From Tetramitus jugosus (lineage: Eukaryota > Protista > Heterolobosea), in NCBI GenBank assembly GCA_937625935.1, contig OW569374.1:372001-436000 (forward strand): a stretch of 64,000 nt of DNA. Reading direction: 5' to 3'. Each line of letters starts with the position of its first letter. Position 1 is the stretch's first letter. The notes under the pieces were generated by a model. The model searched no databases. It worked only from the letters and a program-made list of their open reading frames with translations, and was not told the DNA's origin. The position numbers were made by a program, and so were the translations under genes. Positions 1 to 10,635 of the stretch are shown piece by piece.

Positions 1-235
1 TTCGAGCATACATGGCATCACAGTCAGAGAAACGACAGATTCTTGAGTGACCGTGACTCGATCCCTTGTTGTGCAACAGAGAAAACTGTTCTAGCAGAAG
101 AATACGAGAGCCCAGAGGTAAATTTTGAGTGAGTTTGTAGGCACAGGCACTTCCATGAACTCCAGCTCCAACTACAATCACATCATAATGATGGTTGTTG
201 TGGTTAGTATTTGGCTGGTCGTCTGTTGTCGACAT
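1..235 (-). CDS. Sarcosine/L-pipecolate oxidase (PIPOX/MSOX family), 5' part; runs off the window edge
   Basis: Not in the ORF track. Manual translation from ATG at 235 gives [35 protein letters not shown]...[24 protein letters not shown], with the GxGxxG FAD motif and the family GSSHGxSRI motif. Confidence 0.85.
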   Translation of the reverse strand, partial: MSTTDDQPNTNHNNHHYDVIVVGAGVHGSACAYKLTQNLPLGSRILLLEQFSLLHNKGSSHGHSRICRFSDCDAMYAR

Positions 236-852
236 CTTGACTTTTTTTTTAATTATTGTTTTTTGGCATGATATGATTGTCCGCCTCTGGCGTGAAGAGC
301 AAAAAACTTTCATCGATTCAACCAGACCAGAGCAACGACAGAGAACTTTGTGTCTTTGGTTGGTCGCTGAAAGTCCATCCATTTGAAGTGTAATAAATTG
401 CTGGATGTCCTCTCAACGTTGCTCTGAACAACTTATGACAGAAAGTTGTCAAAATAGTTGTTCAACGTTTGTATTGCGAAATTATTATGGATTTGTTGAA
501 ACTTCAAAAGAAAGAGTTAGTCAGCGCAACGAACTTCAGAGATGCAAAGAACCACACCAATTCATGCGACTTATTTCTTGCCACCGCACTTAAAGTGTTG
601 ATGAGACAGTGCGGACGAATAGAGCTAAAACAGTTCAACTTCATTTATTGTTGGGTGACTCTCAAGATGTGTCACTCAACAATGAGACAACGCAGTATTC
701 GCAGTTCAGCTTGTTCAAAACAAGTGTGTGGTTTTGGGGTCAAACGCCTGACATCCGCCACATCAACACAATTAACAGAATGAATCATTGACATATCGAT
801 GAATCGGTGGACATGTTTTATCAGCTCCACTCGCAACTTTTCATCCATTTCT

Positions 853-1389
853 TTAGAACTCATTCCTATACATCTTAGATTCGACTGGCTCTGTTCCTTG
901 TCCATTGTACTTTGCATTGCTCTTCTTGTTATAAGGTGTCAACAGTGTTGAACTCACAGTGAAATAAATCAATTGACCAATGGGCATGCCAGCATAGACA
1001 CGAACTGGCTTCAGGCATGAAATTTCTAGTGTCCAAGTGCCTTGGAATCCCACGTCACCCTTTCCTGCTGTGGCATGAATAGAGATGCCCAAACGACCCG
1101 TAGAGCTCTTTCCCTCCAAAAACGGAACATGGCTCATCGTTTCCGTGTACTCTTGAGTGACTCCTAGGTAGAGCTCACCTGGTTGAAGAACGAATCCTTC
1201 TTCTGGAATCTCTAAAAATTGGATGGGATTCGATGCTTTTGCATCCAAGGTTTCACAAGTGTAGATGGCCAACTTGGAACCTAAATGAACATCATAAGAG
1301 TTGGAACCGAGATCCGATCGGTTGAATGGTTGGATAACAATGGTGCCCTTGTCCATTTCATTCAGAATATCACCGTCTGTAAGAATCAT
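853..1389 (-). CDS. dcd: dCTP deaminase, bacterial (Bacteroidota-like) type, 178 aa
   Basis: MILTD start, LGSNSYDVHLG, EGKSSTGRLGISIHATAGKGDVGFQGTWTLEI, YAGMPIGQLIY and KYNGQ are trimeric dCTP deaminase motifs. Confidence 0.93.
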   Translation of the reverse strand: MILTDGDILNEMDKGTIVIQPFNRSDLGSNSYDVHLGSKLAIYTCETLDAKASNPIQFLEIPEEGFVLQPGELYLGVTQEYTETMSHVPFLEGKSSTGRLGISIHATAGKGDVGFQGTWTLEISCLKPVRVYAGMPIGQLIYFTVSSTLLTPYNKKSNAKYNGQGTEPVESKMYRNEF

Positions 1390-1486
1390 CTTTTCGAGAG
1401 CCTAGATCTGTGTGATGGTTGCTTGTTGTCTTGCTATGGTTGTTGTTTGAACTCTTAGACTAATAATTGAAATTCAAACGGACAGA

Positions 1487-1499
1487 TTTGGGCGCGAAA
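1487..1499 (-). promoter_or_regulatory. E2F-consensus-like site (TTTCGCGCCCAAA) about 100 bp upstream of dcd
   Basis: Exact TTTSSCGC match on the minus strand at 1499-1492; function inferred. Confidence 0.5.
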
Positions 1500-1939
1500 G
1501 TTTCGGATTAATTTCACAAAGATAAATACACTCTGAGCTTTTCTTCTCTTCCCGAACTCTCACAAGCCATTGTGGCCCAGGCTTTTGATGATAAACAGAG
1601 GTTTTCTGTTGTTCAGATGGTTGTTGGATCGTGAGATTGTAAAACGATTCGCCTCACCAACACAGAATCGAATCCTCAGAATCCTACGAAGTGTCTTGGC
1701 TTCTGACAATAACTTTCTCGCCCTTCAACCAACATTGTTCCCACAGTGAGGAAGCACATTCCACTACTGTAACCACCTCTCAACAGCTTTCATGATTGAC
1801 ATCATTTTCTCCGCATAGTTACGTCAGCAATCTCGATCGTCGTCACACCACCAAGTTAGCTGGCAAGAAACAGAAAACAGCAAATTGGTTCGTTCGTTCA
1901 TTTGGTTCTTCTTCCGAAATAAAACTGGCGCAAGTGCAT

Positions 1940-2105
1940 CAAACACAACAACAACAACCATAACAACAAATAACAACAAACAACCATGCATTCATCATCA
2001 TCGTCAGACGAAGGAACTTCAACACCCTTCATCAAAGAAGATGAAGAACAACAACAACAAGAAACATCACCAACATCATCAACAACAACAACAACAACAA
2101 CAATA
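1940..2105 (+). repeat. CAA/ACA-rich low-complexity tract (5' UTR and poly-Q/T N-terminus of SEY1)
   Basis: Runs of (caa)n; similar tracts recur at gene 5' ends across the window. Confidence 0.7.
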
Positions 2106-4846
2106 GCAACGTACAATGAGAGAGAATTGGAAGGAAATTTTGTGCAATTGATTGATGAGAATGGCACCTTTACGTAAGTCTCTCTCTCTCCTTTTGTTGT
2201 GTGTGTGTGTGTTTGTGTTTTTTTTGACTGACCTCATTTTCCACTGTTCAACTACTCACACATTGCTGATGCGTATGTTTATATAGTGAAAAGCTACCAA
2301 CGTATCTCCAACACAATGAAATGACACAATTAGGACTAGACTATAACTTGATGGCCGTATTTGGTCCACAAAGCTCTGGAAAATCCACTTTGCTAAACAA
2401 AATGTTTCAAAGTCATTTTGATACGATGGATTCTACGAGAGGACGTTATCAAGTCACCAAGGGCGTCTGCGTCTCCAAAGCCATCAATCAAGACATTCTC
2501 ATTATGGATTTGGAGGGAACGGACAGTAAGGAACGCGGGGAAGAAAATATGTCGTTTGAAAAAAAAATTTCATTGTTCGCGTTGGCCATCTCTGAAGTGT
2601 TGCTCGTCAACATGTGGATGCAAGACATTGGTCGGTACAATGCCTCCAATTTTTCACTGTTGAAAACAGTGTTTGAACTCAATTTACAATTGTTTCAAAA
2701 GGATAGAACATCAAAAACGTTGCTTCTCTTTTGTATACGTGATCACATTGAACAAGTGTCTTCTCTTGCGATTCTCAAGAAGCAACTCATGATTGATATC
2801 GATAAGATTTGGGCAGGATTGATTCAACCGGAAATGTATCGCAATTCGAACATTACAGACTTTTTCGATATAGAGTTTGTTGCGTTGCCGCACAAGCTAT
2901 TGATGGAACAAGAGTTTGATAATGCAGTGGACAAGTTGAGAGAACGATTTGTTGATCCAACGAACGAAGGTTACTTTTTTAAGCCAGAGTACAAGAAGAG
3001 TGTTCCGATTGATGGATTCCAGTTTTATGCAGTCAATATTTGGAATGTCATTCTGCATAACAAGGACCTTGATTTGCCAACGCAAAAGGAAATGTTGGCC
3101 ACGTTCCGATGCAGCGACATTTCAAACGAAGTGTTTGTCGAGTTTGAGAAAAAGTGTGAAGTGTGGGACAGGGAGATTAAGCAACGAAAATTGGTCAAGA
3201 ATCTGGGTATTATTGCACGAGAGGAAGCAGATCATGTCTTGTCACTGTTTACGCAACAAACATTGCTGTATGCATCATCTGTCGTTCAACAAAAGAAGGA
3301 ACAATTGATGGATCGCATGAAACAGAGTGCGCTCAACATTTTCGGAACACAAATGTTGTTGGTTCGAGAGAATGCAGTCAAATTCTATCAGGGATTGCTC
3401 GAACAGGTGACCAAGGAGAAGAATACTGTATTGTCTGACTTTAATCAGACAGTGGACAAATTCAAGACTGAGTTGTATGCCTTCTTTGAGAAGAAGGCTC
3501 AAGAATCAATATTCGCCGGTGAAGAATGGGACTATAGCATGTACGAACTTCAATTGACAACAGAGGTGGATCGAGTCACTGAAGAGCAACGCAGGAATCA
3601 AATTCGTATCCTCATGGACAACCAAAAGCACACTTTGTCAGAAGATATGAAGCGAGGATTGAGCACAGAGTTTAAGGCACCTTCAAAGACCTTTTGGGTG
3701 TCGCTCCGACAATACTATGACACAATGTGCGAAGAGGTTTGCTCAGAGTTGAAGGAACAATTGTCCGGATTCAACGCATCCGAAGAAGAGGTTGTTCAAT
3801 TGCAATCAGTGCTCAGAGCACATGCCTCCACTGTTATTAGACACTTTACTGACTCGTATGTCAATCAATTATCATTGAGAATCAATAACAGATATGATGA
3901 GATGTTTAGAATCAACCGTGGCTGGAAGAACCTCGAGGATATTCAACAAGTGCACAACCATGCTGTAGCTGAAGCATTGCAATTGTTGGATCTCTTCTTC
4001 CTATATCGTTTGATTCATCCAGAGTTTGATCATGTCCACTTGCACATTCCATCTCAAGAGAACATTGCCGATCAATTCAAATTCCCCGAATTGTCATCCG
4101 TGGCAAAAGCAGCAAAGTTGTATCAAACCATGCATGCGAACAAGAACTCTGATCAAGAGCCAAAGGACGAGGAACAAATTATCGAAGAATTTGAATCAAA
4201 CATACTGTTGGATGATACCTCTTGCACGAGAATCTACTCTGATTTTATCACTCGAGTTCAGAACTCACTTCAAAATGCCCAGGACAGATTTGCACTGTTG
4301 AACTCGAGCAAGTCCATTCCAATGTGGATGTATGTGTTGGTGTTGGTGCTTGGATGGAACGAAATCATGTACTTTATTAAGTCACCGTTCTGGCTGTTTG
4401 TCATTATTGTGTTTGGTAGTGTATTCGGTTGGGTGTACATCAAGAATTGGGTCAATGACTACATTGAGAACGGCTCCAATGAAATTCTGAAGATGGTTCT
4501 GAGAATTGTGTTGCAAAGGGTGGAATCCTTTGCTCAATCCGATGTTGCTGAAGCATTGAAACACCAAGTTGAAAAGCTTCAACAACAAATTCAACAACAA
4601 CCATCAGAGTCAAGGAGTCCTGTCATTAGTCACCAGACCTATAATGGTGGCCGTGCAGAAGAGATGGAACTGGTGGAAGCTTCATCTCCTATCGAGACTG
4701 CCACTGATGTTGCCCCTCAACCAAGAAGAAGAATTCTGGACAAGCAAAATCTTTCTCGATCTTCTGTTCGCTTCTCTCGAGGTGTTTCATCCAGCCAAAT
4801 GAACGATCTCCAAACCAAAATCGAGGCAGAACTCAATGGCCAGTAA
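1986..4846 (+). CDS. SEY1: SEY1/RHD3 ER-fusion GTPase; join(1986..2173,2287..4846), about 915 aa
   Basis: GPQSSGKSTLLN, DLEGTD, DLDLPTQKEMLATFRC and a C-terminal TM hairpin (IPMWMYVLVLVLGWNE). Intron 2174-2286 (GTAAGT...TAG) joins QLIDENGTFT/EKLPTYL in frame. Confidence 0.95.
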
Positions 4847-4860
4847 GTAATGTTGACTTG

Positions 4861-5487
4861 CTATCTTCTAAATAAATTATCGATCTTTGCTAAAAAACCG
4901 ATGACACAAGCAATTGCCAAAAAACCCAAAACCATTTTAAGTAGAATGCGAAGAATAAGTCCCAGACCATTCTTGCACGATTGAGCTAAAGATGCAACAG
5001 TATGTTTCCCTTCGGGGTACAATGAACGAATGCCATAATAGTGAACTTCCTGTATGAACAACTCACGTTCTCTTCGACTTAGGTCACGAACGTACTTTTT
5101 CACATTGATCCCTCGTAAGTGATCAAGAATGAGGGCAAAATGAGTCGGATTTCGATCAATAAAGTACTCTCTATCCTCATTAGGCTGCATATTACAATAC
5201 TCACTGAACATGGCAGAAAAAAGAGTGTCCTTCTCTGATGTCAGTGTGGCCAATGTGGTCATAAACTTTTTCCCACCCACTCTCAGCTTGATTCTATTGT
5301 GCGTTTCATTGTTTGCTGCTGGAGTTTTCAGCTTGAAAAGTAAAATGTTCAACTCGTCATTCTTTCTCAGGTACTCTTCATTTTGCTCCCTTGCAACTCT
5401 TTGGAGTTGCCGAATGGTATTAATGAGCTGGGTACTGTCCTCCTGGAACTTTTGAACAAGATCGTCTCCTTCTGTGGTCTGTGACAT
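4861..5487 (-). CDS. Coiled-coil + KCTD-type BTB/POZ protein with C-terminal hydrophobic anchor
   Basis: IKLRVGGKKFMTTLATLTSEKDTLFSAMFS and YFIDRNPTHFALILDHLRG; ATG at 5487 preferred over the track's non-ATG start at 5556. Confidence 0.85.
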   Translation of the reverse strand: MSQTTEGDDLVQKFQEDSTQLINTIRQLQRVAREQNEEYLRKNDELNILLFKLKTPAANNETHNRIKLRVGGKKFMTTLATLTSEKDTLFSAMFSEYCNMQPNEDREYFIDRNPTHFALILDHLRGINVKKYVRDLSRRERELFIQEVHYYGIRSLYPEGKHTVASLAQSCKNGLGLILRILLKMVLGFLAIACVIGFLAKIDNLFRR

Positions 5488-5737
5488 CGTTTTATGTTTT
5501 GTGACAAATGGCCCTTGGTTGATTGACGTCAATTGTCCGCCAAGAATTCCGGACACTCAAATGTCCCACATTTCTTTCCGCTCTCATTCCTTTCTTTCCA
5601 TACAACTCGATTGTTTGACAAAGATTCAAGATGGAATTTTTCCACACCAATTTGAATGATGATAAAAACGCTACTTCTGAATTGCTTTGAAGACTATTCA
5701 ATTATTACCAAGATCGCTGACTTTTTGCTTCCCAACA

Positions 5738-7113
5738 ATGGCTCGCACTCAAGATGATCTTATAGCTTCCCTTGCACGACTTGTTTCGAATGACAAGATC
5801 CAAGCTGAAACTGAAAAAGCTAAAGCAGGAGCAGCAGTGCACCAAAAGAACAAGCCAAAGTTGCTTGATTGCTTGTCTTCTCATCTGCGCCATGATGATA
5901 TGAAACAATCAACGGCAATGGAAAACTCCGATAAAAAGGTAGAAATTGCGGAGATTGTAAACTTGGTCAACCAACTGCAACATCAATTTGATTGTTGTAA
6001 ACTGAGAATGGAATTGCTGTATTTTTATGACTCAAAGAAACAAGAAGAAATGGCAGTGATACCACAAAGGAACAGTGCTTCTTGGGAACGTCATCAAAAG
6101 CACATGACACTTTTGTATGAGATGATGTGTCAGTGTACGATGAATCTCAATGTCATACAACAGAAAGTTGATCTTTTGTTGTCAGGAAACAAGGAAAATG
6201 CGTTTCGGAAACAAAGTGAGCAAAAGAGGTTAGAAAGAGAGTTGCTAGGTGAGTGTTCTCAACTCCTTGATGCTTTCTTTAAGGGAGCAACTCGCTATTC
6301 AGTCAAACAGTTTAAGAAATTTATCTTTGAGGGGCAAAACTCTGAAAAGCATTGGAAAACTTTCTTGCTTCGATTAGGCACGAGTATTTCAAGTCATTGT
6401 GATCCCCTAGCACATGAACTTGAACGGCAAAAACGATTGGACATTGTTTTGAGAAGGTCTCTCATTGAGAACATTGAACTGTACTTCGACACAGTCGTAC
6501 AATTTGAGCGAACAAGTTCAGCACATACTAGTCTCAATGAAGGTAATGAGGGTGCTAAGATGGGATTCTCTGATATTCTAGGTCAGCTCATGTCTCAACA
6601 GCACAGTCGGTCAGGCACAGACGCCCTGGAGAAGGAAGAAATGAACGAAGAAAGCATAGAACAAGTATGTAGCCGCTTTTTCTCTGGGTTTGGATTGTAG
6701 GGTTAAACTACTAACACGTTGGGAACCTAATACAACAGAAACGTTTATTTATTGCTCAGTTATCACCGCAGTCGTTGCTCGAGTTGTATCGAATGATAAC
6801 TAAGGAAACATTTAGTCAAACTTCAAAGCAACTATTGCTCAGGCATCAACTGATGTTGGACAGTTTCTCCACGAGGATCAATGAAGTCAATCTAACAGAG
6901 AAGGAGAAACAGACTGAGTCATTTATCAAACAATACACCCGAGAGTTGAGCCATACAACACAAACAATCAACCAACATCTTGCCAGATTGGCTCAAATGT
7001 CGAACGAAACTTGGATCAAATTAACACGTGATCCAACTAGCCTCATGTCCAAAGCGCAGTCTCTTCTCGAGCTCGAAGAAGGCAACAAAGAGTTGCACAA
7101 GTATACAACATGA
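5738..7113 (+). CDS. Hypothetical helical/coiled-coil protein; join(5738..6664,6739..7113)
   Basis: Intron 6665-6738 (GTATGT...TACTAAC...CAG) fuses ORFs 5687..6700 and 6775..7113 in frame; no family recognised. Confidence 0.7.
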
Positions 7114-7373
7114 GCAATACAATCAAAACACAAGGCAAAAGTTAATATTTTGTTTCTGTTTAATACAAATGTTCTGGGGTCCCTCATTCTAGCACCTTTG
7201 TTTTTCTTTTTGGCAAATTATCAACGCCGTCAATCATGATGATTGTTGTGTATCGCAATAAAATGCACTACTGCTGCTGCTGTTGCTGTTGAGCTGTCAC
7301 AACATCCACTGGACAACTTACGCAGCAGCTGATGCAACAGCAACAACACAATGATCACAACAGACAAGTCAAT

Positions 7374-7958
7374 TTAATCAATCATACGTCTCTTAAAAAT
7401 TGCACCGTGGTCATAGTCTTCAGCAGAGTACTTGGTGTGTGGTGGAACTGGGATGTGAGTGTGAGTCAATCTCTCTGCGTCATACTCTTCCATCTCATTG
7501 TACACCCATTGAATGTATGGTCTCAAATATGGAACATCGTCCTCAATTGGAGTCCATTGATTTCTTGGCAAAATCTTTTGGTTGGTGGACAAATCAAAAG
7601 CTCTTGTAATTCTTCTGGTTCTGGCCTCTCTGACTTCCTTTGGCAAACGATTGATGGCTTCCATGATGAGTGGATCTTCATCATCGAGAATGTCGTCCTT
7701 GACAAGACCGAGTTGATGATATCTGGACATGCTTCTGTTGAAAAAGATCAAGTTCTTGTCCACACGCTCCAAAAAGGTCAAGTCTCTGTCTGGAATTTCA
7801 AGATACTTTTGCCATGGGTGCTCAATGTAGTATTGGTCATAGACATTGAATGTACCTCTGGCTGTTGGTAGCTTTGAGATTGGATAGGCAGGAATATCCA
7901 TGGCGACCAAAGCGGCACCTTGCTTGTACAATCGCTCAACAATAGTTCTGAGAGACAT
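7374..7958 (-). CDS. QCR7: Cytochrome bc1 complex subunit 7 (QCR7/UQCRB), N- and C-terminally extended
   Basis: YHQLGLVKDDIL...EAINRLP...RTRRITRAFDLS...LPRNQWT...YLRPYI matches the UCR 14 kDa pattern. Confidence 0.88.
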   Translation of the reverse strand: MSLRTIVERLYKQGAALVAMDIPAYPISKLPTARGTFNVYDQYYIEHPWQKYLEIPDRDLTFLERVDKNLIFFNRSMSRYHQLGLVKDDILDDEDPLIMEAINRLPKEVREARTRRITRAFDLSTNQKILPRNQWTPIEDDVPYLRPYIQWVYNEMEEYDAERLTHTHIPVPPHTKYSAEDYDHGAIFKRRMID

Positions 7959-8598
7959 GTTCTACTACTGATCATATGAATGAAAATAAAATAGTGTGTC
8001 AGTGTTTTGTTGTTTTTCTTCAATGTGTGCTTCTCAGAAGAAAAAGAAGAAGCAGTGGAGGAGGATCCAATGTGTGATGCGAAAAAGCTGTTCATGAGAG
8101 GAAAATGATGAGCGAAAAAAAAAGAATTTCCGACAAGCAACATCAGCTTTGGTGATTTTTCGAAAAGCTTTCACGTTGGGGAGTGATAGGATGGGTAGTG
8201 GTGGTGATGAAATGGGATTGTAGTCGATCCAATAGAATCGTCTTTTAAAGGACGAGAGAGAAATGCATGAAAGCTTTTGAGTTTTTTTTCAATTGGAAAA
8301 TGGTGAAATCGTTGGGGCAGTTGCTGGATGTCGTCGGTGTTGTTCTTCAATTCGTTTTCATCTCCACATAAATGCTTCTCATCATCAATCACATCATCCA
8401 CAACATCATTTGTGTGACATGACATACCTTAGTTTATTCTGTTGGTTGTGGGTGGTGAATTGTTTGCGTTTTTTTCGGTGTTACAACAAGTCAACTCTGT
8501 CGGCGATACTTTTTCCCGATCGGGGCAAACAAATCGCGAAACAGAGATCAAACAAATCACACTCACAGATTTTGAAATACTAATAGCAACACGAGACT

Positions 8599-8775
8599 AT
8601 GGACAGAAAAGCACCAGTTCCACCAACTTCTTTTATTGACGCACTATTGCAAGCATTTGGTGGCGGATCATTGGCATACTTTGTCATTCTATTGATCATT
8701 GCTCACGTTGCTGTTTTTGTCTATTGGATCATTCGAGTTTTCCAACCTACAGCACAAGGTGCAAAGAGAGAGTAA
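8599..8775 (+). CDS. 58-aa single-pass membrane microprotein
   Basis: Below the ORF-track cutoff. MDRKAPVPPTSFIDALLQAFGGGSLAYFVILLIIAHVAVFVYWIIRVFQPTAQGAKRE* has a clean TM helix and a charged tail. Confidence 0.65.
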   Translation: MDRKAPVPPTSFIDALLQAFGGGSLAYFVILLIIAHVAVFVYWIIRVFQPTAQGAKRE

Positions 8776-8996
8776 AAAATAACAATTTGGTGGTGATCGA
8801 ACTATTGATCTTTCACACATGAACAAAATTTTGGAATGGTAGCTCCTGTTTTTTTTTATATTGTTCACTTGCGAGAGTGACAAATTAGAGATGGAGGAGC
8901 ACGTTCAACCAACACTGCGGCTTCCGATATGCGACACTATCTCTCATTATTACTATTATATAGTGTTTGTAAATAAAAAAGAAAATGTTTATTGTT

Positions 8997-10418
8997 TTAT
9001 AAGCGTGAGTGTATTGTTGTTGTATTTAGGTCCTTCTTGAGGTAGTTGACCGCAATTTCTCCACTCTCCAATGCTCCTTGAACTGTGGAACATTGTGTTG
9101 GATGGGTGGCTTCTCCTGCAAATATTAGCTTGTGACCATGCTTGAATTCGATTGGTTGACCGAGTACGGCTCTAGGGTTCTTGATGATTGGTGTGCCCTG
9201 GGGTTTAACCTTTGGACAACTGTAAGCACCACCAACAAACAGGTTATCCCTGCGCCAATCATAAACAACACCATCAATGAATAAATTATCCTTTGGACTG
9301 ACTCCATATACCTTGTACAGCAATTCAACAAACGAATCAATCACTTGCTGGTTAGATAGTTGGTTCTGGGAGACAAAGTCAGTTCGTGATGCGGTCGAGA
9401 ACCCAGTAACTACGTACTCTGAGCCATTAATCTTATCATTGTTGATTAGATTACTGAACCAGAACTGAGCAATAATTGGATGGTCAGGAACGAATACTAA
9501 CTTGTGAGGCACAATGGTGTTCTTTTTCCAGAATGGTTTCTTGAATCGAGCAATTACCTTCATGCCGGTCTCCATTGAGAAATAATCGCGAATAATGACT
9601 TGCTTCTCTTGGGGCAATTCAGGTGAGAATTGAATTGTGTTCAATTGCAATTGTTTAAGTGGAACAGTAACAATGACATGATTGGCTGAGAATGCACCAT
9701 CATTAATCAGGAACAAATTGCGATCAGAGTGCCATTGGACCTTGTACACGGAAGTATATGTAAGATAGTTGCGACCAAAAGACAAGTGCTTCTTCAAGTG
9801 ATTCATTAAGTGCCTATAACTGTAGCCAGATGCAAAATGATAATTGTTGTTACTGAGTGTAGACTCTTCTTCGTTGATTCCATTGACACTCATCAGATCC
9901 AGATTGGATCCATCTGTCTTCACCATGTAACAATCCACAAGAGAAGACATTTGTGCATTCTCTGCCGAATCACTTGGAAATACCCGATTCAAATAGCCTT
10001 GAACACTGACATCTCCACTACTACCATCATACTCTTCCAAATCTTCCAAAGTTTGATTCAATTTCGACACGAGCGGATGTCTACAATCCAACAATTCATT
10101 ATTCACATAGAATAGTGAACCATTTTTCACTGGATCCTTCAACTCTGTTAAATCAAACGCAAATTCATATGGAATATTCAACTGTTTCAACAATTTGTTC
10201 AACAGGGAGTCATCACCATGAATGAACTCTGCACCAATCTCTGTTACTGGTCTATTTTGATTCAAACTTTGTTTCAAGCGCCCTCCGAGTTCACTGTTCG
10301 CTTCGAGTATCATGTGATTCTTGTGATTCAGTTGATGGTGCAGTACGTGAGAAGCGTAGACTCCACTGGCACCACCTCCAACAATGATGACATCATAATG
10401 TTGTTGTTGTTGAGTCAT
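8997..10418 (-). CDS. Flavin-containing amine/polyamine oxidase, peroxisomal (PTS1)
   Basis: VIIVGGGASG, LEANSELGGRL, EIGAEFIHG, VIVTVPL, GAYS, FAGEAT...TVQGALESG; C-terminal -SRL. Confidence 0.9.
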   Translation of the reverse strand: MTQQQQHYDVIIVGGGASGVYASHVLHHQLNHKNHMILEANSELGGRLKQSLNQNRPVTEIGAEFIHGDDSLLNKLLKQLNIPYEFAFDLTELKDPVKNGSLFYVNNELLDCRHPLVSKLNQTLEDLEEYDGSSGDVSVQGYLNRVFPSDSAENAQMSSLVDCYMVKTDGSNLDLMSVNGINEEESTLSNNNYHFASGYSYRHLMNHLKKHLSFGRNYLTYTSVYKVQWHSDRNLFLINDGAFSANHVIVTVPLKQLQLNTIQFSPELPQEKQVIIRDYFSMETGMKVIARFKKPFWKKNTIVPHKLVFVPDHPIIAQFWFSNLINNDKINGSEYVVTGFSTASRTDFVSQNQLSNQQVIDSFVELLYKVYGVSPKDNLFIDGVVYDWRRDNLFVGGAYSCPKVKPQGTPIIKNPRAVLGQPIEFKHGHKLIFAGEATHPTQCSTVQGALESGEIAVNYLKKDLNTTTIHSRL

Positions 10419-10635
10419 TCTTTTCGTGTTCTTTCAAGAGTCAATTGAAAATGTGAGATTGCTTGTTTTTTGATCAGGTCCGAAACCACCAACCAGGGGA
10501 TGTTCAAACTTTGAATTTCTTTCAGAGGTGAATGCTTTGACCAAGTTCAGGGCAGTCGGTGTTTTTTTCACATAACTTGAAACTTCATTCTCCTGGCTGA
10601 CGCAAACATTTTACCGCCAAGTAAAAAGATCAAAC

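Noticed and set aside
405-850. Overlapping short ORFs between the oxidase and dcd
   Set aside because: No recognisable motifs or consistent splice model; could be decayed sequence but unsupported
853-1389. Bacterial contamination as the explanation for dcd, Ffh and GH15
   Set aside because: They are interleaved with intron-containing eukaryotic genes; GH15 has its own intron and Ffh has a presequence; no operon structure. Read-level confirmation is still advisable for dcd
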